Origin: an uncultured virus (IMG/VR IMGVR_UViG_3300030708_001148)
Taxonomy: Duplodnaviria > Heunggongvirae > Uroviricota > Caudoviricetes
Length of the DNA: 20,000 bases
Virus record (IMG/VR): IMGVR_UViG_3300030708_001148
Strand: one strand, 5' to 3'
Shown here: positions 7,126 to 14,930 of the stretch, piece by piece
How positions within the stretch are numbered: position 1 is the first letter of the stretch
Layout of the letters: each line of letters begins with the position of its first letter
The notes under the pieces: generated by a model
Told to the model about the DNA's origin: nothing
The model's database searches: none
The model's input: only the letters and a program-made list of their open reading frames with translations
Made by a program: the position numbers and the translations under genes

Positions 7126-9516
7126 TTAATCACCTCTTCTGTTTCCTATCTTATCTATTAGTGATTTTAAGGTTTTGAGAGATTTATTCAATGTTAATAA
7201 CAAAGTCTGATTCTTCTGTTGTAATGTTACTCTCCCTCTAGTTTTTGTTCTCTGTTGGGTAAATCTAGAAGTAGAACCTATGTCCCTTTGTAGTTCACCA
7301 GAAGGTATTGCCTTTACTACGGCAATGTCCTGTTTGATTTGCTTGTCTATTTTTATTGCTACTACTCTTCCAGTCTGTTCAAAGTCTGCTTCGTATGGTG
7401 CAGTTTCCAAGAGATGCTTGAATCTGTTCCAGAATCGTTGTTTGATTATCTTTATCTTTCTAACATATTGTTCTGGTGCTTCATCTGGATAATCTTGTAT
7501 GTAATTTTGGAATACTTCATCCGTAATGTAGGCTGTATCAGACATGTCAACAAGTCTAGGAGTAGTCTCATCCTCCGCATTATCAGATTCTTGACCCTCT
7601 TCCATTATGTTGTCTAATTCTCTAGAATTAGACCTATAGTCACCTTCTAATTCACTAGGATTGATATCAGTAACTTGACGTTGTTCTTCCTCTAATTCCT
7701 CATCTATATCTGAGTCAAATACTTGTGAATACTGATAATCAGAAGCCTCTTCCAATCTTTCCTCTATTTCTCCCGGCTCTGTCTCATCTACAAAATTTTC
7801 ATCTATCATGTATTCGTAGAATTTTATTGATGGTTTATCGAAATTAACCGATTCGTTATCACTAGTTATATCCTCAAGAAGTTCTCTATTCTTATTGGCT
7901 TCTACCTTTTCTTGGTCTTTTATTTGTTTACTCCTAACCTTAGTTTTTGAAGTAGTTCCTTGTGTGAAAAGATTCTTGAAAGTTAATGGGTCAGTCAAAT
8001 TCTTAGTTACGTTTCCAAGACTCATTTCATAATTCAAAGAGTACTCAAATATCAGCACTCCTAAGTCTAATGTCATGTCTTTGGGTACTAGATATTCTTG
8101 TATCTCATAGTGATGTTCTGGTTTACTCAAAATATAACCGGACTCATCCCTTTCTCCAAAATTACCAGTTGTCTTTCTAATTGTATTTGAGATGAAAGCC
8201 TCCTTGAAATTTTCAGATTGTTTCAATGAGTTTAGATAATTAATAATTTTTTTCAAGTCATCGTAACTAGAATCTGGTTCATCAGTTGGCAAATCATATG
8301 TTTCCCTTTCCGCAAATAGTCCAGTTGTTCTTATTTCACTTGATGCCTTATCTCCCATAATAGTTAATGAGTGTGTTCTAGGGTCACTAACAGTAAAATC
8401 TGTTGCCTTTGCACCACGATAACTTTCTTTTCCATCCTGTCCCTTCTTTGGGTTTTGCACATAGTAAACATCAAAGAAACCAGATTCAGGGTCTTCCATT
8501 CTCTGAGTTTCATAAGCCATTAATTCCTCTCTTTTGGTTTCTATTTTTCTTTTAGGAGTTCCATCTTCATTTTTTTCATTTGACGCTACATACTGTACTC
8601 TGGGTTTTCCTTCTATTTTGGTTCTTCTAATTCTTCTTGTCTTTTCATTTGTCTCTTTATCTGTAACTGTAGTTGACTTTAAATCCTTGAGTTTACCAAA
8701 ACCATATTTCTCAAACATCTTGTTCCAATACTCGTATGAATTAACAGTAACAACCATAGTAGGAGCATTACTGTTACCTTTTCTAGTCACACTAATGGAT
8801 TGTCTGAGAATATCCTCATCTATGAGAGGACTTTCAGTCATAAAGAAGTTCATCATTTCTACTTGTCTTGACTCTTCGTCTTCCCTGCTCAATGCTGGTT
8901 TCTCTACTTGAGGTCCATAGGGTAGTCTCATTGTTCCTCTATCATAACTATAGCCAACTAATTCGCTTCTGTTTTCAATCAGTTCCTTTATGGACATATT
9001 GTCTAATGAGGGCACACCAGAATCAGATGATGTTATATTCATTTTTGACCTTAGATAGAACTTATCTCCATCTTCTACGTTAATCTGAAACTGTTGTTTT
9101 CTTTGCTCAAACTCTTCTCCATCTCGCACGACTTTAAATTTCTTGAGTAAGACATTCTCTCCACCATCATCAGAATAAAGTGTCATATTTTCTATCTTAT
9201 TTACAAAATTCAATAAAGCCCTACGCCAAGCATCATTGGAAAACTTGTATTTTTCCGTATTCATTTCTGTAAACCTATGGTTAAAGGTAATTCCTCGCAT
9301 TGATTTCTTGGCCTTTTTCATGGTGTTTGTTGGGTTTTGAGCCAAATCATGTAGAATGTATCCTACCATTAACTCAAAAATTCTGTTTCTTGTGTTTCCC
9401 TCTAGTAGTTCTAAGGCACTACGGTCCAATGCTCTTTCTGGAAGTGCTATTACTTCTTTGAGGGCATTAGGTATGGTGTTACCTTCCTCATCTACTAGTG
9501 GTATTCTGATGTCCAT
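7126..9516 (-). CDS. Large acidic hypothetical protein (796 aa)
   Basis: Long ORF coupled to both neighbours; very Glu/Asp-rich region in the C-terminal third, basic C-terminus; no recognised motif. Confidence 0.8.
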   Translation of the reverse strand: MDIRIPLVDEEGNTIPNALKEVIALPERALDRSALELLEGNTRNRIFELMVGYILHDLAQNPTNTMKKAKKSMRGITFNHRFTEMNTEKYKFSNDAWRRALLNFVNKIENMTLYSDDGGENVLLKKFKVVRDGEEFEQRKQQFQINVEDGDKFYLRSKMNITSSDSGVPSLDNMSIKELIENRSELVGYSYDRGTMRLPYGPQVEKPALSREDEESRQVEMMNFFMTESPLIDEDILRQSISVTRKGNSNAPTMVVTVNSYEYWNKMFEKYGFGKLKDLKSTTVTDKETNEKTRRIRRTKIEGKPRVQYVASNEKNEDGTPKRKIETKREELMAYETQRMEDPESGFFDVYYVQNPKKGQDGKESYRGAKATDFTVSDPRTHSLTIMGDKASSEIRTTGLFAERETYDLPTDEPDSSYDDLKKIINYLNSLKQSENFKEAFISNTIRKTTGNFGERDESGYILSKPEHHYEIQEYLVPKDMTLDLGVLIFEYSLNYEMSLGNVTKNLTDPLTFKNLFTQGTTSKTKVRSKQIKDQEKVEANKNRELLEDITSDNESVNFDKPSIKFYEYMIDENFVDETEPGEIEERLEEASDYQYSQVFDSDIDEELEEEQRQVTDINPSELEGDYRSNSRELDNIMEEGQESDNAEDETTPRLVDMSDTAYITDEVFQNYIQDYPDEAPEQYVRKIKIIKQRFWNRFKHLLETAPYEADFEQTGRVVAIKIDKQIKQDIAVVKAIPSGELQRDIGSTSRFTQQRTKTRGRVTLQQKNQTLLLTLNKSLKTLKSLIDKIGNRRGD

Positions 9517-9517
9517 A

Positions 9518-10210
9518 TTATGCCAACCACTTTGCCCATGCGATACCCTTGCTCATTGCAGATGCTAGACCAAGACCGCTAGACGGTGGTGTGTAGGACA
9601 TTTGACCTGTTTGTGGGTCTATCCAGTATGGATTATTCATGTTGTCATAACCCGCAGGTGGTATAGGATATCCAGATTGATTGTTGAAGGCCATATGTTG
9701 TTGTTGCATCATTGCATTTGCTTGAACAGAAGCGTTACCCCCAGTTATCATTGATGGGTCTACTCCACTAGGATTAGCAACAGGAGGCTGACTACTTCCT
9801 TGTCCTTGTGAAGCAAAACCCTGAGATTCTAGATATTGTGCTTTAGCCATTCTTCTTTGCATTATTACTTCTGAGTTAATTGCAGAAGCAAGAAGTGTCT
9901 GTAGGTCTAGATTGATGTTAGCCTCAGTTATTGAACCCATAGCGGCAACTGCATCTGGAGACATCGTTATGTCACCATTGTTATTTGTTACAAAGGCCAT
10001 TTGCGGTAGCATTTGACCCAATACTTTCTCTACTGTATCAGTCATTAACTGTGCTAATGCGGCTAGAAACGCTTCTCCATGATACTGGAAGAAGTCCTCT
10101 ACGTGGTTCTCTTGCAAGGTCAACAGATTGTTCATTGTTTTGAACTGAGCCTGTTGGTTAGACTGCATTGTATTCATTAAAGTGCTATTACTAGTGCCAA
10201 ATAATCCCAT
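9518..10210 (-). CDS. Gln/Asn/Met-rich protein with WW-like motif and amphipathic termini (~230 aa)
   Basis: Probable ATG at 10210 (MGLFGTSNS); helical N-half, low-complexity Q/N/S/P region, 'YPIPPAGYDNMNNPYWIDPQTGQMSYTPP', C-terminal 'GLGLASAMSKGIAWAKWLA'. Confidence 0.75.
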   Translation of the reverse strand: MGLFGTSNSTLMNTMQSNQQAQFKTMNNLLTLQENHVEDFFQYHGEAFLAALAQLMTDTVEKVLGQMLPQMAFVTNNNGDITMSPDAVAAMGSITEANINLDLQTLLASAINSEVIMQRRMAKAQYLESQGFASQGQGSSQPPVANPSGVDPSMITGGNASVQANAMMQQQHMAFNNQSGYPIPPAGYDNMNNPYWIDPQTGQMSYTPPSSGLGLASAMSKGIAWAKWLA

Positions 10211-10211
10211 T

Positions 10212-10889
10212 TTACTCACTTCCCTCTTCTTGTTCCTCTTCTATTTTTGCGCCCTCAGTCAATAAAACTTTCATTCTATCTCCTACCGCATTATGTTCTA
10301 TGATTAATCTGAACAACTCAGCCTCTTTAGTTTCTTCTGTTCCAGATGGAGGTTTAATTGTCCAACCCAATGCCGAAAGAGATTGTATGTCTGATTCTTT
10401 CAGACTCTTTAGTGGCCCTGCTGACAATGGGTTTAGAGTCTGCATACTAGGAGCCTTTGGAATGTATGCGCTGAAAGACAGACCATGTTCCTCTGCTAGT
10501 ATCTGTTGTTCCAGCATTTCGTACTGCCTGTGTATGGCCGCATGTTTATCACAATAAGTACCTCTCATGGGATACCCCTTGCGTACCTTGTGTAGTGGCA
10601 AAGGGGGTCTTAGATTATCACTAGCATCCCATACTTTGTGAGTACCGCACACTACACATCTATCTTTGATGTTGTATGCAAACTTGTATGGTATTTTCAG
10701 AAATGTCTTGTTTTCTGGTTTCAGTACCTTTACTATTTCTTTCAACTGTTTCTTTGGCTTTACGCTCTTGTACTCATATGTGGTAATCGGTCCAGAAGAC
10801 CTTGCGGCATCTAGTTTATTTAGAAACACGGATGAAGCCGTTGGTGTTTCTGCCCCTATTAATGAGGGCATCTGGTATTGCATTGACAT
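10212..10889 (-). CDS. Putative zinc-finger protein (225 aa)
   Basis: 'RCVVCGTH' and 'TYCDKH' give a CxxC...CxxH ligand set, followed by helical/coiled-coil segments and an acidic tail. Confidence 0.7.
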   Translation of the reverse strand: MSMQYQMPSLIGAETPTASSVFLNKLDAARSSGPITTYEYKSVKPKKQLKEIVKVLKPENKTFLKIPYKFAYNIKDRCVVCGTHKVWDASDNLRPPLPLHKVRKGYPMRGTYCDKHAAIHRQYEMLEQQILAEEHGLSFSAYIPKAPSMQTLNPLSAGPLKSLKESDIQSLSALGWTIKPPSGTEETKEAELFRLIIEHNAVGDRMKVLLTEGAKIEEEQEEGSE

Positions 10890-10901
10890 GTGCTTCCCGT
10901 A

Positions 10902-11576
10902 TCAGTAGTCCTTTATCATTGTTAGGACACCTCTGTAAACCATCTCTGAGTCTGATTTAGCACTAACTATGTATTTGAAACAAGGTATTCCCTTGTCGTT
11001 TAACCTTTGCATTCCATCTCTAAATGCAGAAAAAATTGGGTGTTTCTCTATTGGCCCATTGTGGTCATACCTGTCTTTCCATAAATCGTATTTGTTAGCC
11101 CATATTCCTACTGCTAATGGATAATCAGATTCTCTTTTCTTCTTTCTCTTACCATTGGGTAGACTCCATTCAGAAGCACATATGGTATCAACGAGAAACG
11201 TCCAACACAACTGCTGTTCTATGTCATAGTGTTTGTTCATGTGCCTATCGTCTATCATGAAAATGATGTATTTGACTCTACGACTTCTCATATCGTGTAT
11301 CCAATCGTTCCAATATGTCACTTGCCCACCGATATCAGCACTTTTTACAGTATGAGCATCACCATCTAGTTTGACATATTTCCTAGTTGCTCTACCCTTG
11401 CCGACTGTCCTTTCTCTAATATCAGGAACCTCACCTCTTGTTCTGAGTTGGTGATTCATTGTGGTTTTACCTGCTTGGGTAGCACCGTATATTCCAAAGT
11501 TAATCGCATGTACCCTTTGATATATTTTGTTTAGTCCCTCGACTATCAGAATAGCAAACCCTGCCATCACTGACAA
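10902..11576 (-). CDS. Arf/Sar1-like small GTPase (Ras superfamily, TRAFAC; 224 aa)
   Basis: All five G motifs in order: G1 GATQAGKTT, G2 RTVG, G3 DIGGQ, beta4 YIIFMIDD, G4 WANKYD, G5 VSAK; TTG start after GTGGTGA RBS (alternative ATG at 11567); hydrophobic N-terminal helix. Confidence 0.9.
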   Translation of the reverse strand: MSVMAGFAILIVEGLNKIYQRVHAINFGIYGATQAGKTTMNHQLRTRGEVPDIRERTVGKGRATRKYVKLDGDAHTVKSADIGGQVTYWNDWIHDMRSRRVKYIIFMIDDRHMNKHYDIEQQLCWTFLVDTICASEWSLPNGKRKKKRESDYPLAVGIWANKYDLWKDRYDHNGPIEKHPIFSAFRDGMQRLNDKGIPCFKYIVSAKSDSEMVYRGVLTMIKDY

Positions 11577-11580
11577 GGTA

Positions 11581-11805
11581 TCACCACAGATGATTCCAGA
11601 AATCTACTACTCCATTCCAAGCAATTGATAGAGTGTTTATTCCTGCTATAGCAAATGCTTGTCCCAATATAAAACTAGTAAGCGATGCTACTCCACCCCA
11701 AAACCAGAATCTAGCCCTTAGAAACCAGATATCAGCAGAGTGCGCTCTTTGTAAGTCATATGCGAGCGTAGACTCATCCATTCCGAATAGTATTTCGCTG
11801 ACCAT
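11581..11805 (-). CDS. Small membrane protein (74 aa)
   Basis: GTGAGG RBS; hydrophobic 'FWFWGGVASLTSFILGQAFAIAGI' and Trp-rich amphipathic C-terminus 'SIAWNGVVDFWNHLW'. Confidence 0.75.
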   Translation of the reverse strand: MVSEILFGMDESTLAYDLQRAHSADIWFLRARFWFWGGVASLTSFILGQAFAIAGINTLSIAWNGVVDFWNHLW

Positions 11806-11819
11806 ACATATTCCTCACA

Positions 11820-12230
11820 CTACTGTTCTACTGTCAAGAATGTCGGGTTAACACCTTGTGGTTCAGGTTCTAGGTTTGGTAGATTGCTGTCACCGTATAT
11901 GTTTGACATAGGATTTGCTTGTTGGAATGACCTGATTGAATCCCTGACTCTCTTTCGGTTATCCTCTTCCCTAGCCATTCTCTGCCAATATGCGTCAATT
12001 CTTCTTTGAAGTAGCCATTCCTCTATGAAATCGTTGAGGAACAAATCAAAGAAGGCTTTGATACACATTATTCCTCCTACCGTCACTACTCCAAAGAGAA
12101 GTGCATGTTCTAGGTGTCCATAAGGAAATGAAATTCCGTATTGGGCATAGAAGAAGATATTCATTCCACTAATCGCACCAACAAATAGTATCGTCATTAC
12201 TAGTCTTGTGTCTGTATCTATACTTGGCAT
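11820..12230 (-). CDS. Two-pass membrane protein with charged helical tail (~136 aa)
   Basis: Probable ATG at 12230 (MPSIDTDT); TM1 'LVMTILFVGAISGMNIFFYA', TM2 'ALLFGVVTVGGIMCIKAFF', then charged helix 'EEWLLQRRIDAYWQRMAREEDNRKRVRDSIR'. Confidence 0.75.
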   Translation of the reverse strand: MPSIDTDTRLVMTILFVGAISGMNIFFYAQYGISFPYGHLEHALLFGVVTVGGIMCIKAFFDLFLNDFIEEWLLQRRIDAYWQRMAREEDNRKRVRDSIRSFQQANPMSNIYGDSNLPNLEPEPQGVNPTFLTVEQ

Positions 12231-12235
12231 ATTAC

Positions 12236-12538
12236 TCACTCAAAGGTTATGGAGACTTGGCCTGTTCCTGCAATCTGAACGTATAGACCACTTCCCGCTA
12301 TTGCCCCATGTGTGTCAATCTCAAAGTTAAATCCTTCTCCAGTAGAATGATTTCCTTTCGTTTGTATTCTGAACATTTCCACTTTACCAGTAGTTGTCGA
12401 ATTGCTAGAATCCCATACTTTAACACTAAATGTACTAGTACTACAATCTGCTATTGTAGTAGCACTTATGCTCATTAGTTTGTGCTTAGATGTACATACC
12501 ACTGTGCTACCAGTAAGGATTCCACTTGTTGCTACCAT
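12236..12538 (-). CDS. Small beta-rich virion-associated protein (100 aa)
   Basis: GGAGG RBS; Thr/Ser/Gly-rich strands ending 'GLYVQIAGTGQVSITFE', typical of small jelly-roll-like proteins near capsid genes. Function inferred. Confidence 0.6.
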   Translation of the reverse strand: MVATSGILTGSTVVCTSKHKLMSISATTIADCSTSTFSVKVWDSSNSTTTGKVEMFRIQTKGNHSTGEGFNFEIDTHGAIAGSGLYVQIAGTGQVSITFE

Positions 12539-12540
12539 GC

Positions 12541-13011
12541 CTATGCCTCCACTAGTCTCTCAATTAATTCTGCTTTTTTACCTTCCGTAGAAAGTCCTCT
12601 TTCCTCAAGTAGAGGTTTTAGTTGTTTTATGGTTAGTTTATCCAGTTTTGGAGGAAGAGGTTCTAACTTTTCTTCCACCTCTGGTTCTGGTTCTGGTATT
12701 GCTTCCTCCTTTGGTTTGAGTTTCAATGTTGGTAGTTTCCTCTTAGCAGGATTTCCACCTAGAAGTTTGTCTACAACTTCATGATAGTTCTTCAAACCAA
12801 ACCACTTTACTAGTGATTTCTGTGTGGACTTTGGTGCATTTACAATGTATTCCTTGTCGGATGCATCAAAAGTGGCTACCAAATCCTTGTGTCCGAAGAC
12901 CATATCTATTACCAACTTTGCTGGCATTTCTATTGTCTCGTCACGCCTCCACTTGTATTTTCCTCGTCCTAACTCCTTCGTTCCTATTCCTATATACTTC
13001 ACTTTCGCCAT
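12541..13011 (-). CDS. SAP-domain protein (~156 aa)
   Basis: Probable ATG at 13011 (MAKVKYIG) after GGTGA RBS; Pro/Glu linker then 'LDKLTIKQLKPLLEERGLSTEGKKAELIERL', a canonical SAP motif. Confidence 0.8.
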   Translation of the reverse strand: MAKVKYIGIGTKELGRGKYKWRRDETIEMPAKLVIDMVFGHKDLVATFDASDKEYIVNAPKSTQKSLVKWFGLKNYHEVVDKLLGGNPAKRKLPTLKLKPKEEAIPEPEPEVEEKLEPLPPKLDKLTIKQLKPLLEERGLSTEGKKAELIERLVEA

Positions 13012-13032
13012 AGTTTCACCTGTCGTTAGGGG

Positions 13033-13074
13033 GTAGTAACCCCCTTCCTGTTGCTCTAGGAAGAGGGTCACTAC
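13033..13074 (-). other. 17-bp RNA stem-loop in the intergenic region after the capsid genes
   Basis: 13033-13049 pairs with 13058-13074; the two + strand A/C mismatches are G-U wobbles on the - strand; 8-nt loop AGAGCAAC. Confidence 0.7.
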
Positions 13075-13086
13075 TTTATGTTTTAC

Positions 13087-13464
13087 TCAGATTAAACCGT
13101 AAACACGGATTCTCAGTGTTGGCTCAAACTCATCACCAGAGACTACTTCTGTATTAGCACCAGAAGCACCCTTGATTGCCCTTATCACGAATGATGAGGT
13201 AGAGGTAGAAGAATCATCAGCCAACTCATATGCACCGCTTTGTACGGCTAGTTGCACATGATATGTGTGTGGCAAATCTGCCTGTCCGGTAATCATGACG
13301 GCATTGATTCTGCTCAGTCCCAATTCTGCACCTGTAACTAGAATACCGTCATCATAGTCGGTGTTTCCAGTATCCATGTCTACTACTGCGTCTACGTAGT
13401 ATTCGTCACCCGATACTTTGGGTGTGGTCATACCTTTGTGGTCTGCTAGAATGGTAATCGCCAT
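13087..13464 (-). CDS. Putative capsid decoration/minor capsid protein (125 aa)
   Basis: Directly downstream of MCP with strong GAGGTG RBS; acidic beta-rich; 'DYDDGI...AELGLSRINAV...LRIRVYG'. Confidence 0.6.
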   Translation of the reverse strand: MAITILADHKGMTTPKVSGDEYYVDAVVDMDTGNTDYDDGILVTGAELGLSRINAVMITGQADLPHTYHVQLAVQSGAYELADDSSTSTSSFVIRAIKGASGANTEVVSGDEFEPTLRIRVYGLI

Positions 13465-13473
13465 CTAAACACC

Positions 13474-14925
13474 TCACGCACTCGTAATGTTGGTTATCTT
13501 TCCTTGTCCCTTGAAGAAGGAGCAACCAGTCTCACCGATGGTTCGGTACATGGCTTGGTTTCCTAGTTTCTTGACACCGAATGGGTTTCCACTATCAATA
13601 CCATCCTCAAAGTACTGAGTAGGCTTAACCATTGCAAGCCATAGATGGTCTGTATCTAGCATCAGTATGTCGCTCAGTTTGTTAGCGGCAGACTGTCCGG
13701 TCTGTGGCATGTCCTTGCATGGGATTAGGGGTATTCCGTAGTACGAAGCAACCCTGAAACCAACCTCAGAACCCTTGACACCCTTCACACCACCGTGTGT
13801 TGGTACTATTTCTGCGGTATCCATGAACCTCTCCTGAGACTGTAGTAGGTCCGAGATGTGCTGAATGGTATCGTATCCAGTTAGCATAACCTTCGGGTTT
13901 CCACCGTTTAGTCTTAGGTCACGGATTACTGTGTTCAGAAGGGAAAGAGTTAGTGTCCTTCCCTGTGTTGAACCATATCCATCACCGAAGTTCACAACTG
14001 CATCCATGAAAGATGGAGTTGCGGCGTATCCTTGATTGTTACCAGAGACAAGGAATCGGTTGCCCGTTTCCGTTCCAGACGCATTTCCAGTTCTCGCATT
14101 AGAACCATAAAGTTTGGATAGTTTCAGGTTTATCATATCATCGGCGGTATCTCCTGAGTTACTATCTTTGTCGTTCTCTATCATTCCACCTGCGTTAGCC
14201 ATAGCCGCCAACTCAGCAGACGAAGAAACAACCTTCATGAGAGAAGTGTAGTTCAACTCCATCTTGTCAATACCGTTTATGTCGTAGTCCTCAAGAGGCA
14301 TTAGTAGCATCTTGTTCTGCATCTCAGCATGGTGCTTTGCCATATCCTCACGGACAATAGCCCTAACATCACCTACACCGTCATCCATCTGTGCCATTTC
14401 TAGACCTAGTTCTGTGAACTCAAACATGTGAGCAATAGTCTTCGGACTCATGAACAGTTTGGTGTACTCTGGAGCAAGTGGCCTGAATCCATCGGATTCT
14501 AGAGCCGCATTCTCACCAACACCACCAATGTGGTCTGGTCTGATAGCGGCGGCATTAGCAGAAGTAAAAGTCCCATCTAGGTCTGCGGTTCCTGTGGTAA
14601 TCTTTGCACCTGAACCACCTGCTGGCCTTGACTTTAGTATCCTCCAACCAGAAGAAGTGTAAGGTCGCTTAGAGAGCATTGCAAAAGCATTGACCTCTCT
14701 GTTTAGCATAGACCAAACCTTCTGTCCATACAGAACACCGTAAAGGTCGTTCAGACCTTCTGCGCCCGAAAACGCCGCAGACGTTACATCGTGTCCTATG
14801 CCATCGTAGTTTCCACCGAAACCTCCAACGACACCTCCAGCCTTAAGAAGCGTATTACCGCTTCCCCCGCCAACTCCATAGGTTGCGGCTTCCAAATCTC
14901 TCATTGTCTTAATGTATCCACTCAT
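13474..14925 (-). CDS. Major capsid protein (HK97 fold, 483 aa)
   Basis: Follows protease-scaffold; GGTGA RBS; 'LYGQKVWSMLNREVNAFAMLSKRPYTSSGWR', 'PKTIAHMFE', 'LTLSLLNTVI...GGNPKVMLTGYDT', 'GFRVASYYGIPLIP', 'ILMLDTDHL' as recalled from archaeal tailed-virus MCPs. Confidence 0.9.
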   Translation of the reverse strand: MSGYIKTMRDLEAATYGVGGGSGNTLLKAGGVVGGFGGNYDGIGHDVTSAAFSGAEGLNDLYGVLYGQKVWSMLNREVNAFAMLSKRPYTSSGWRILKSRPAGGSGAKITTGTADLDGTFTSANAAAIRPDHIGGVGENAALESDGFRPLAPEYTKLFMSPKTIAHMFEFTELGLEMAQMDDGVGDVRAIVREDMAKHHAEMQNKMLLMPLEDYDINGIDKMELNYTSLMKVVSSSAELAAMANAGGMIENDKDSNSGDTADDMINLKLSKLYGSNARTGNASGTETGNRFLVSGNNQGYAATPSFMDAVVNFGDGYGSTQGRTLTLSLLNTVIRDLRLNGGNPKVMLTGYDTIQHISDLLQSQERFMDTAEIVPTHGGVKGVKGSEVGFRVASYYGIPLIPCKDMPQTGQSAANKLSDILMLDTDHLWLAMVKPTQYFEDGIDSGNPFGVKKLGNQAMYRTIGETGCSFFKGQGKITNITSA

Positions 14926-14930
14926 TTACT

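Noticed and set aside
10190..10210. MGLFGTS as an N-myristoylation signal
   Set aside because: Prokaryotic hosts lack N-myristoyltransferase and MGLF starts are common amphipathic leaders; it is also on a different protein from the GTPase.
10902..11576. P-loop protein as terminase or packaging ATPase
   Set aside because: It has DxxG, NKxD and SAK guanine-specific motifs, and lacks the size and nuclease domain of a terminase.
3449..13071. ORF-track starts at 3487, 6034, 7133, 10219, 12239 and 13071
   Set aside because: These longest-ORF starts overlap upstream genes or hairpins; downstream starts (3448, 5992, 7124, 10210, 12230, 13011) have better RBS spacing or gene coupling.
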